Assembly: GCF_006345805.1 (NCBI RefSeq)
Contig: NC_042999.1
Coordinates: forward strand, 93,372,001-93,436,000
From: Octopus sinensis
Taxonomy: Eukaryota
DNA length: 64,000 nt
Direction: 5' to 3'
The notes under the pieces were generated by a model. The model saw only the letters and a list, made by a program, of their open reading frames with translations. It was not told where the DNA came from and did not search any database. A program made the position numbers and the translations under genes. Below, piece by piece: positions 29,051 to 41,138 of this stretch (position 1 is its first letter; every line of letters begins with the position of its first letter).

Positions 29051-32000
29051 TCAACTTCGTCTTCATCAAAAGGGGCATTAACTAACCGTCACGAAATGTA
29101 GAAAGAATTTTATGCTAAACTGAGAGAGGTGCTGTGCAAAATTCCCTGCAATTACATACATACTTACATACATACACTGTCACACACACACGCAAACACA
29201 CACATATGCACATTATATAACCGAAATTCATTTAAAATATACCTCAAAACTAAATGTCGAGTCACTGCATAATTTACATTAATTCATGAACATTCATGTG
29301 CTTTTACATTCATTTATAGCGATTTCAATGCGGTATTTGGTCTTTAAATGTATTCTGTTTCTCAATACAACTCTCCAGTTATGCAATGACTTATTTTTTA
29401 TCTCTAAACATACGTTTGAAGTTTATAGATTCTGTAAAGTAAGACATAACATATTTGCTAATACACATCGTAAACGATTTAATTATATAAAACGCTAATT
29501 GTTGTTGAAATAATATGAGCTACAATAATAGTAGCTTGTGTTTGAAGAAACGGTATATGTATATCAAGAAGCATTCAAATTACACAAGTACAGGACACTT
29601 TTCTATGTTATCAGACAACGTGCGACGTTAAGGACATGAGAGCGCGATGTTTGACATTTGTTGAAGCAAATCACAATATATTCTCTATGCATATATCTTA
29701 TATCCCGCGGTACAAGGAATCTAAGTGTAATCGAAAGTTCTACTAATGACAATATTCGACGTTTTAGCCCACTGCTTATTTCGATTATAGGTCTGTTTTA
29801 CAATGGCAAATGACATTTCCTGAAACATAATCGAATTTCCGAAATATGCATTCGTGTTAATCAATTACCGTTCCTAATCTAATGTAGTTAATTGTCAATT
29901 AAACTTTACTTCAAGCTGACCTTTATAAAGGATCACTGACGAAGAAAAGAACTTTAACTGGCAACATTCATTTTATTACACTCCATACTAATGTCCGTAT
30001 TAAGCAGAATATTGTTGTAAACTACACACTAACGCCCAACAGTGGTGGAATGGAATATAATGAATTCATTGATGCGGAAAATACATTCTCAATGCCAACT
30101 GAAATCCGTTTGTGTTAGACCTAATGTGACGTTATATGGCTGCTTGATGTACTATAAATTCCAGCCAAATTTCCTCCTAATCTCATCCTATTATCTTAAG
30201 AACAAAAGTACACATTGGAGAATATATATGATTTACCGAATGATAGGGTTAGTCACGGCTGCTGGAATTTGATTTTACCATGTCTCTCTTAAAACAACCC
30301 CACCTAGGCCTATGCAAAATGCAATAAAAATCGAAGCGTTTCAATTCTTTTAAAACTTATTACACATTTTGTTTCCTACCTTGGAAAACTCCGTAATTTA
30401 ATTCCGAAATGCTTTCCCTGATGTAGTAATGCTAATGGTTTTTATAACTCACACTCCCCAGATTTGTGACCATGTGCACATAACCGTTCTATTTCTAAAT
30501 AAGCTATGAAAAATTGCGAGAAAATTTACTATATTATTTCACACATAACGCTGTTAAATTTCATTTCCTTAAGAAAAGATTTATTATCTTAATTTGTCTT
30601 CTAGATTTAGCGAAATAGACAACGACTGCGTTATCAAGTACATAATAATGAGTCGTCACAGAATATTAAACGAAAGACAGTATTCATTTCCCCACTTTCA
30701 TATGTACGAATCCACATATATGCATAAGTTCACAGACATAGAAAGTGATATATTATGATACATTCCATCATAGACTGTATCCACAAGGGAAGTATAACAA
30801 TAAACCACTTAGATAATAATGAAAAAGTGACAACAGCAAACTTGAGCTATTTCCCAAGGCACCACATTATACACAACTGAGGCTGATGTATGATTGTTCG
30901 ACTTCAATGCGGATTCAGAAATATCATAGTTGTTTAATTGATAAGAATAGTAAATGTGAATGTGAGAGAGGAATGTAAAGTGGATTCAAGAGAGAAGAGC
31001 TAATATCATAATGAGAATACATTCGATTAGGTGATCGTTTGCTTCGAAGCCGCTTAACGCATGAAAATATATCGATTTCTTTCATTGATGTAATATTTTT
31101 TTTCCGTTGAAAGTATAGTATCTTGACAATAAGGAATGTCTTACTGATATAAATTACTAATTATTTGTGTATATAGTTTGAGAGACGTATAATTCCTTGT
31201 TCGATATACCGTTTTATATGATTCTTAGGTAACTACATTTCCTTCCCGACAAATAAATAATAAAATTGAAACCACTTTTCATCTGGAATTTTCTGAGTGA
31301 TCTCATTAACAGTTAAAAATTGGGACTTCCAGTATCAAGTACTATGATAATGCAGAGAAATTGAAATAAAATATTTAGAAAATCTTTTTCACGTAAACCG
31401 AAATCTTATAAAACTATGATATCGTAGTTATGGGTATCATTTTATGATTTCCAATGACAATTTGGATACCATTATAAGTGATATTGACAGGTTTATTGTT
31501 AAGAGTTGTTTAAATATATAGAATGCTTTAGATATTCTCAATAAACAAACTGTATATGAATGTGTAAAAAGTTGCCTTTGCAATCTTAGAGTCTCCACTT
31601 CGGCCACATTGTTTGGAGTATTGTAGTAGTGACTTCTGTTATATCCTTTGGGAAATCCATGGCTTAAAAAGCTTTTGGTTTGACGGAAACCGACTGAGAG
31701 TCCGTCGAATGGTTTGTGCCTATCATTAAAAATATTCCTTGCCCCCTTTTTACACCATATAACGCTTGTGCTAGGAGAAAAAATCCGTTCCTCTAAATTC
31801 CACAGCCACTTACATGCAAAATTATTGATCGAACAACTGGGCGTTTATAAGTCGTTTTAGAAATAATCTACACTACCTTGTAAATGGTAGTGTACATTTC
31901 TTCGTACACTATACTACACTGAAAAGTGTATGTCAGATATATAAATTAAATATTGTATTATAAATATTTGTCTCGGGAATACCAGATGTATAGAACTGTC

Positions 32001-33464
32001 TACACTAAACTCATACAGAATTAATCCTGATTTCTCATGCTAGAGACACAACAGTGATGAGAAATAGTGACACTGTTCCAACTCCTTGCACTACGAAAAC
32101 GTAACAAACATTCAATATAAAACTTCCTCGGTTATATATAATTTCTGTGTGGTGTAGAAAATGACAACAATACATTGAATATTTTCTTAGGTAAGTAATG
32201 AAAATTATAGATACCAAAAAAATAAAAATGAGATTTACAATGCAGCCTTTAGTATTAAAGATGTTATTCCCAAAAGTAAACCGAATATATATTGCTTCAT
32301 TAATTAATAAAACTAAATAATTTCTAATGGCTGAAAACATTTAATTTGATAGGTATGCTGAAAAGGGATGTAAAGATGCAATTCTGTTTGAAATTGATTC
32401 TTATGAAGTTTTGAATCTGTTAAACAAATTAGTAGAACATATGATTAATGGGGATAATAAATAATGTAAAACATACAATAAAATCCAACGCTTTATAAAG
32501 AGGGAAAATCTTTTGAATGGAAGCGGACAAGTCTTTTCAACAAATTAATCAATGTTGTCTTTCCTACAGTGAAAGTATCAAGGATTATCATAAAATATGG
32601 ATTATGATTCTAAACTAGTCATATTCTGGAGTGGAAAATGACATCCACTCATTTTACTTTAGCTCAAAATACACACTGGGATAATTAGTTCCAAAGATAT
32701 TTGATAATCCAATTCCTTTGGTTTTGATCGAAAATATAATAACCGCCACAAGTGGCCAGCTATTTTGAAGTATTAAGCTATTCCCTTAGCTTTTCGATGA
32801 CGTGATGATAGAAATCGTTACAAGTCCAAATAACATCTTACCAGTCTAAATATTTGAATTAATAACACGTTGATATGTATATCAATCACTGCTTAACGCA
32901 CATAATTCGTATTTAACTATGACAGGGCAACTGGATAGCGTTATGAGAAATTTGAACGTCATTTCATTAAGAGTAACTTAATATCTGAGTTTTTTCTGGG
33001 TTGCCTCTGTTTCCACTCTTCCATGTTGTGAAAACAACCATTTCAAAATGCATGCAACGATCCTCGTTACCAGAGGACGCTTTGAACTGACTATGGCGTA
33101 TTCAAATCATTTTCTCTGCAGCGAGAATGGTTCTTCAAAGCGTGCTGTATTGAATGACCTTTTTACATGTTCGATTGTGTCCCAACTATTTGAACTGATG
33201 ACAAGTTTATGCCGTTAGCAACAAACCTAGTGATACATGTAGATGCAGGAAAGTGGAAAATTAAAACATTCTTTCCAGTTATTCATTGACATTGGATAGA
33301 TATAACTGGGGACATAATTTGGTCTTTAAAGTCATCTTCACAGCTAAAAAGATCCAAATTTCTCTCGTCAAATATAGCATATATAACTGATAGAAGAAAC
33401 CAGCTAGAAATTTCATTAGCGTCTTGCGTCCAGGGCAACAGAACTGTTTCAAGGAACATTATTT

Positions 33465-33557
33465 ACGTTATTTACATTCGACGGATATTTGTCCTCATCT
33501 TGTTTGTTGTTGACACGACGGTTCGACTGCTACAAGCCTTCTTGAGGTATTTTTCGA
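33465..33557 (-). mobile_element. Penelope-like terminal-repeat remnant with eroded hammerhead-like motif
   Basis: Minus strand reads CCTCAAGA-A-GGCT-tgtagc-AGTC-GAACC-GTCG, a decayed CTGATGA-stemII-GAAAC layout. Confidence 0.4.
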
Positions 33558-33623
<66 letters not shown>

Positions 33624-33627
<4 letters not shown>

Positions 33628-36014
33628 TAGTTTTATTTTTATAGCGTGCTTTCACCTCACTACCGAGCGCAGCTCTGTGTGCCTTGGGTATGTGCTGTGA
33701 TTTGCTGTGATGCTCTGATGGTTATTGTATGGAAAGTGTTCTGCGTAGGATGTGTACAGTGCCTAGTAGTGCAATTTTCTGTATGTTATATGTGTCTGTA
33801 AGTCCTGGTGTTTTTGTTATGTATTTGTCTGAATATTTTTTTATCATGCCTAATGCACCTACTATGATAGGAATTGTTTCTGTTTTCAGATTCCACATTC
33901 TAGTTACCTCTATTTCCAGGTCTTTGTATTTTGAGAGTTTCTCCATTTCTTTTAGAGACACGTTGTCATCTGCCGGTATTGATACATCAATTAGAAAGCA
34001 TTTTTTTTCTTCATGATCTCTGACAACTATATCTGGTCTGTTGGCCTTAATTTCTCTATCTGTGTGTATCGGCATATCCCAGAGTATGGTTGCTTTCTCG
34101 TTTTCTGTGACCTTTTCTGGTGTGTGCCTATACCATCTTTTTTCTGTTGTTATTCCATAATGTTGGCATAGCTTCCAATGTATGTAGGTTCCAACTCTGT
34201 CATGTCTGTGAATATATTCCTTCTTAGCCAGGACTGGGCAGCTAGAGATAATATGATTTATTGTTTCTTGTCCATCTCCACATATTCTGCAGTTACTTGT
34301 AATATTTCTTTTCATTACATGTTTTTAGTAATTTCTGGTGGGGAGGCTTTGGTCTTGTGCTGCAATTAAAAATCCCTTTGTCTCTGCTTTGAGTCCTGAG
34401 CTTCTCAACCATTGCTGGGATTTTTCTTTGTCTATTTCTTTTGCGCTTAGTTTAGTGCAGTATTTACCATGAAGGGGCTTTTCTTGCCATCGTTTTATCA
34501 TGGTTCGTTGCTGTTCTATTTTTAGTTTGGATTTCATTTGTTTTATAGCTTTTGTTGTTTCTTCATCTTCTTCTTCATGTTTATTAGGTGGTATAATATC
34601 TTGTTTGTATTTGTCAACTTCCTTAAATACTGAGAACAGTTTTTTGTTTTGCTCGTGTTTTGCTGCTATCTGGATCAGTTTTCCTTCCTTCTGAAGTAGG
34701 TATTTTTGCAGTCCTATGGTGGTTATTTTATAGTAGTTTTCTAGCTGTATAAGGCCTCCACCACCTTCTATACGTTGTATATATAGTATTTCTATGTCAG
34801 ATTTTGGGTGATGCATCCTATAACCTGTCATTATTTTTCTTGTTTTCCTATCTATTTTGGTCAGTTCATTTCGTGTCCAGTTAAGGATATTGTAGCTGTA
34901 ACTTATAACTGGGACATCTAAAGTGTTGATACCTATTATCTTGTTTTTAGCATTGAGCTCTGTTTTTAGTATTGATCTAACTCGTCTATAATATTCTTTT
35001 TTTATTTTCTCTTTCATTTGTGTTGTGTCTTATCTAGTTCATGGATTCCTAAGTATTTGTAAGTTTGGCTTTGGTCTAATTCTTTTATTTCATTGGTTTT
35101 ATCTAGTGTGATGTTGTTACTCTTAACTAGTTTTCCTCTTTTCATAGTTACTTTGGCGCATTTTTCTAATCCAAATTTCATATCTATTTCTTTGGTAAAT
35201 CCATGAACTGTCTTTAATAGTGTTTCCAGCTGTTTGTCATTTGCAGCGTATAGTTTTAGGTCATCCATATATAAAAGGTGGCTGATCGTTTTGCCGTAAC
35301 ATTTATATCCGCATCCAGTTCTATTTAGTATATCAGATAGAGGTGACAGTGCCAAGCAGAAAAGGAGTGGAGAGAGCGTGTCTCCCTGGAATATTCCTCT
35401 TCTAATGGGGATGTCTTTGGTTTTCATGAGTCCCTCTTTTGTTTGGAGGTGTAGGACTGTTTGCCATTTATTCATAGAGTGCTCTATGAATTTTATGATT
35501 GTTGGTGCTACTTTGTTAATGGCTAGTGTTTCGAGGATCCATGTGTGGGGGATGCTATCAAACGCCTTTTTGTAGTCAATCCAGGCCATACTGAGGCCTT
35601 TCTTCTTTCTGTGGCTGTCTTCAGTTATGGCTTTATTAATCATTAGTTGATCTTTACAGCCATATGAGACTTTGCGGCATCCTTCCTGCTCTTCTGGGAA
35701 CAGTTTGTTTTCGACCAGGTGCTTGTTCAGCCTTTGCAATATCACTGCAGTAAATGTCTTGAACATAGTAGGGAGGCAGGTTATTGGTCTGTAGTTTTCT
35801 GGTTTTTCTGTTTCATTTGATTTGGGAATTAAGATGGTTTTCCCCTTCGTGAGCCATTCAGGCATTGTCTCTGGCTCTGCTAGTATTTTGTTAAAGTTTT
35901 CAGCCAGCTTTTTGTGCATTCCTGTTAGATATTCCAACCAGAAGTTGGGGATCTTGTCATGTCCAGGTGCCTTCCAGTTGCTTAGTCTTTGCAGTGCCTG
36001 GGTGACCTCTTCAG

Positions 36015-36017
<3 letters not shown>
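33624..36017 (-). mobile_element. R4/Dong-clade non-LTR retrotransposon, 5'-truncated, inserted in a (TAA)n tract
   Basis: RT (NWKAPGHD, DYKKAFDS, GIFQGDTLSP, LYMDD), CCHC knuckle (CRICGDGQETINHIISSC), REL endonuclease (RPDIV...IDVSIP...KYKDL). One frameshift at ~35015 and an in-frame TAA stop at ~34325. (TAA)n on both flanks (33558-33623, 36018-36121). Confidence 0.95.
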
Positions 36018-36087
<70 letters not shown>

Positions 36088-36939
36088 CATCTTTATTATT
36101 ATTATTATTATTATCATTATTTAACCACTACACCATATATGCCCGTGGAGTGAATTTTAGGGCTTATAAATCTAATATTTTTCTATCATTCCTCAATACC
36201 GGTACCCAGTAAACTATCAGAATGAGCACATGGTAATTCCTCAAGCTTTGAAACCAGAGTGGCTTTGATTGCAAATTCCACTACTGCTTCTCTCTTATAG
36301 ATCTCATCTTTACCCCTCCAGGAGATTTCTCTACAAAATTCCCTTTTCCATGAATTCTTGTTTCAGCTAATGCTACAACATCCATATCGTTTCACTGTAA
36401 CTCTTTTCCAACAAACGCAGAACGTCTTTCCGGACGGGATTTCAGACAATCATTGTCTAATTAAATTCGAACATTCCAAAATCCTATATTCACAAGCTTG
36501 CATCTCAACCTGAATTTACTCACAGTTGCAGCTCGATGAGACTGAATCCAGGCTGCGGTACCCTGGGACTAGACCACAGAGCAAAATGTTCCAGAGCCAT
36601 TTTTGCCATTTGCTTCAATATCAATATCAATATCAATTTTCATTGTTTGGTTTTGCCTTTTTAGGCTTCGGCCAACGTTGTACATACGAGATGTGCATTT
36701 CTTTTTTCCTCTCAAGAAATACCTACATACACACATACATGCATACATACGTACATACGTACATACATACATACATGCATACATACGTACATGTATACAT
36801 ACATACGTACATGCATACATACGTACATGCATACATACGTACATGCATACATACATACATACATACATACATACATACATACATACATGCATACATACAT
36901 ATATACATACATAAAAAGGAATACTGGTGGAATAAAATG

Positions 36940-37142
36940 CAATCACAATAGACAGACCTAATATGATGATTTGGGATAAAGAAGAGAAACTGCACAGCTG
37001 TAGAAATTAGCTGCCCAGCAGATATTAACATAAATCTGATTATCAATGAAAATAGAACATCTGTACTGAATTATTGAGAAATATGCAGTTACTCCACTAT
37101 CCAGATTGCAAGTTCATGTTTATACCTGTAATTATTGGAGCC
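36940..37142 (+). mobile_element. R4/Dong-like REL endonuclease fragment
   Basis: DRPNMMIWDKEEK...AVEISCPADINI...FIPVIIGA across frameshifts. Confidence 0.7.
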
Positions 37143-37147
37143 AATAA

Positions 37148-37594
37148 TGTGGTTGGTATTGTTGATTTTGGTACTGAAGTTAAGGTGTTGGCAGTGGTAG
37201 TAACCTTCTTTCAGCTGCCGTTTTCTGTTGTTGGTGGTGGCAGAAAGCCTTGAGGTAATCAGTTTTAACACAGATTTTTCTCTGGCGGTCTATGTTGCAT
37301 CTGCTACCTCTCGAGATATTTATTACCTCAGGTTTTACTTGTATCAAAATTCTCACGTGTATCCAGTGCTCTGCACTGGATACACGTGAGAATTTTGATA
37401 CAAGTAAAACCTGAGGTAATAAATATCTCGAGAGGTAGCAGATGCAACATAGACCGCCAGAGAAAAATCTGTGTTAAAACTGATTACCTCAAGGCTTTCT
37501 GCCACCACCAACAACAGAAAACGGCAGCTGAAAGAAGGTTACTACCACTGCCAACACCTTAACTTCAGTACCAAAATCAACAATACCAACCACA
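37148..37594. repeat. Perfect palindrome: two 222-bp arms with a 3-nt spacer (TCT)
   Basis: 37148-37369 is the reverse complement of 37373-37594; I found no mismatch reading base by base. Confidence 0.95.
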
Positions 37595-38240
37595 ACAACT
37601 GTGATAATAGTATGCAACTAGATCAACAATGAAAGTAGTATCAGCTACACTGGAGGAAGAAGTACAACAGCAAGATCCTTAATCAAATGCAATAACACAA
37701 GCAAGTAAAAAACAACGCACTCAGTAGCCACAACATAATCAACAACGGCAATTCCTGAAGCGTCCTCCAAATCAAAGCATACAATACCATGGCCATCTCT
37801 GCCTCGAAAAATTCATGTCGTGTGGTGAAGGGGTGATGTAATGTATAATTATCAAAAATGTACTAAAGCAAAGAAAATCAGAATGCAAAAACACCAGTAA
37901 AAAACCTCAGAGATCTCGAGAAATATGCACGATGCCTTAGTTTAACAATGTACCAACTCGACCACTAGTTGCAGCTACATCAGTACTATAAACAACGTCA
38001 TCGTCATCACTTCCACTATCACTAAGACAGATGTCAGCATGACATACATGTTGGTGTCTGTTATACACATATCACAAAACGCATACAACGTCCTAAAAAC
38101 CAAATACCGCAAATGGGTTGGAGACTTCTGGGGAAATATGAACAAAATATATGAGGAATAACTTTTGGAAACACATAAATAGGACGAAGGCTCGATACCT
38201 TTCCTTCTACACAACTAAGGCAATTGATCCGCCTCATGTT
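37373..38240 (+). mobile_element. Degraded N-terminal region of an R4/Dong-like element
   Basis: NIDRQRKICVKTDYL and VGDFWGNM weakly resemble the R4/Dong N-terminal DQRR.I.K..YL and FW..IW motifs. Confidence 0.4.
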
Positions 38241-38269
38241 CAGCCCTCTGGCTGTGCATACTTAGAATA

Positions 38270-39100
38270 TACAGTGTGAATGCATTTCATCTGGTGTTGA
38301 ATCGAAGCGGAGTCACATTTTCAATGACAAGTTACTATATAGAAATATACACATTTCCAAGTCTGCAAGGAGGCGGAATCGTTATATTGTCTCAGAAATG
38401 CCTACATCTTGGGATACGCAAAGTGATCTCTAAATTAGAACTTAAGTTTTTGATCCTGGATGTAACCAGCAACGAAAGGGGTGATTTCAGAGTAGTAGAT
38501 GTCTGAAAGGTAGTTAAGTTAACAAACCTGATGCAGGTCGGGCTCTGAGCAATACAACATTGGATTGGGTCATACATCGGTATTCAGTAGCTGTTCGCAA
38601 AGGGAATACTAAGCGAACTAAGATGTGGAAGCTCAGTGTCGGTATAGGCGGACGACCTCACCATAAAATGTCAGATACTAAGCATATGATGGTACCAGTA
38701 CTGACCTAAGGGAGTAGAAGATGGTGACAGGATGGAAAAGTAACAAAGAATATTCAGTTGGTCTACAGTTCGGCAAGTGGAAAGGCCACTCTATGCTGTC
38801 TAACTGTGAAGTTATGCGTTGGTTAAGCGACCAGTTTGAATTGGCAGGAATTTCTTTTGTTTCAGACCACCAAATTGACAAGGACGTGCAATCAATGACA
38901 AGCATTTTGGCTTGTCTGACTCAGAAATAAGCTTGTAAGAAGTTATCCTGAAAGGTGGTACAGAAGTGGAGAACTCTTAGATTGCTTCAATCATCTACTA
39001 CCACCGACTTTCGTAATTTTCCTCATTTCATATCTGAACAGAGTGGATTACCTGCTCTTTTCGTAAAGGGGGTGCGTTCCACTGTTCAGGAACTCCATTT
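38270..39100 (+). mobile_element. Internally deleted L1/Tx1-like LINE fragment
   Basis: GGGIVILS...FLILDVT...FRVVDV (APE-like) followed closely by an ADDLT RT-like motif. Confidence 0.55.
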
Positions 39101-39700
39101 GTTTTAAACAACCGAGGAAAAGAGGATTAGGCAGGCCTGGCTAATGATGTGGATACATGCACAAAGGCAGTGGTATCTCCAGCATGTCATTACTTGTAAA
39201 GACTGCTTAAGGTTTTGTGGTAAATTTGTTCAGGTCATTACAGTTGTTTGTATATTTGCTCTTTAATTATCATCATATATGTTCGATTTTCATGAAGGTC
39301 GACTTAATTGCTAATATGTTCAGGCTGGTTATAGCTTCATTACACTTCATTCTTGTAATATTCAAATTAATTATTAATGCACTTTTATCTTTCTGTTATG
39401 AAGAACCTGTATTACTTGTTCTGACTGAATGCTCTATCATTTCCATATTGACACATACAACAAGACCAAAAAAAAAAAAAGAAAAAGGAAAGAAAGCAAA
39501 TCGCGTGTTATATAAGTTCAGTCAGCGTTCTTTATAGCAGTTAAACTTTTGTAGGTAGGCTTTGCCACGATATTTTCTCACGACGTATGCTTTCGGAGAT
39601 AATGTGAGTTAAATAGAGACCCTTCTGATACAATATATATTGTCTCAGAGCAGTCTCTACAGAAGAGATATTTGCGCTCATTGTTTCTAGCGATGGAAAC

Positions 39701-39915
39701 TGCAAGCTGGCAGAATCGTTAGCACACGGGATAAAATGCTTGACGGCACTTCGTCTATTTTTACATTCTGATTTCAAGTTCCGCCGAATTTGACTTTGCC
39801 TTTCATCCTTTCACCCTTTCGGAATCGATAGAATAGTACCAGTCGAATACTGAATCGATGTAATTGACTTAACCCCACCGCCTAAATTACTGGCCATAAT
39901 CCAAAATTTGAAACC
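39701..39915 (+). mobile_element. SINE family A
   Basis: Same head, box and tail as 27552-27761. Confidence 0.85.
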
Positions 39916-40995
39916 AATATTTCAAGCTACGACTGTCTGTTCTTATGCTGCAAACATTCACGATCTAGTTGCCTCCTACAGGCTACATCTTTGTTGCACA
40001 TCCGGTACAGAAGTGATTTCTTCATTTTTATTAGTTGATACGGGATAGGAATTTCCCCAATATGCTTCTATGTTTGTTCACCACGATTAACATACATTTA
40101 TTTTCCTAATAACTATGGATTCAAGCATTTCTGTTCGAAGTCTAAAAAAGGTTTACTGTAAGACATCACGTTGATATTGATTTACTGCTTATTCAAAACT
40201 ACGATCAGCAACGGTACGTAGGAAACATTGTGAATTGGAGTAGAAGTAGGCAATATCACACACAACGTTCCGCTGCATTCTACTCGAGGGATATGCATTC
40301 GTTGAGATAAAGCTTATTGTGTTATATGTAGTGATTTTAAATGAGAGACTTGCCTTACAGTCCACGGGATTTAGATTTGTTTCGATACACTTTATTATCA
40401 CAGAACTCCAGCTGATATAGCTCACCACACGCGAGCTATAGTGCTATGATGACAATATTTTTTAAGTTTGAATATTGAATGTTCATTGTTCAGATTTTAA
40501 CATCTTTTGTTACGTTAACGGAGAAAAGCACAGTCAATTCTTTTTCTTCTTCTTCATCTTCTTCTTCTTCTTCTTCTTCTTCTTCTTCTTCTTCTTCTTC
40601 TTCTTCTTCTTCTTCTTCTCTTCCTCATCTTCTTCCCTCCTCCTTCTCCATCCCTTCTCTTCCTTATTTTTGCCTACTCTTCTCATTTTCTATCTCTCCA
40701 CCTCCTTCTCCCCTCTTTTTCGTCCTTCTCCACTCCCCTCCTCCTCCACGTCCTTCTCCCCTCTTCCTTCTTCCCTCCTCGTCTCCATATTTTGTCTTTC
40801 AAATTTTTATGATCGATAACTTAAATGGTGACCTCATATCATGACCTCGCTTAGTATTCCCTCTGAGAACAGCTACTGAATACCGATGTTTGACGTATTT
40901 GATGTATTGCTTAATGCCAGACCTGTATTAGGTTTGTTAAGTTATCTACCTTTCAGATTATTCTGATCTCAATGAATCCCTATCAACGTGCGCGT

Positions 40996-41138
40996 ATGAT
41001 GCTTCGCCAGTACTCTTGCTCGTCATCAGAGATGCGCATGTCGTCAGCCTCTAAGGGACATGCTCAACTAGCCAAGGTCAAGCAACTGGCAGCAAATATG
41101 CGCTATTGAACAGAATACTTGCGGTTACTCATCTTTTA
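40996..41138 (-). mobile_element. Fragment of the TAA-targeted non-coding element seen at 60305-61670
   Basis: gctcgt(c/g)atcagagatgc...aagggacatgctcaact block shared; a more eroded copy lies at ~42760-42880. Confidence 0.7.

Noticed and set aside
33077-33143. Small nested hairpin (acgctttgaa/ttcaaagcgt) as a miRNA or snoRNA
   Set aside because: Only 10-bp and 7-bp stems with large asymmetric loops; no box motifs; compatible with chance.
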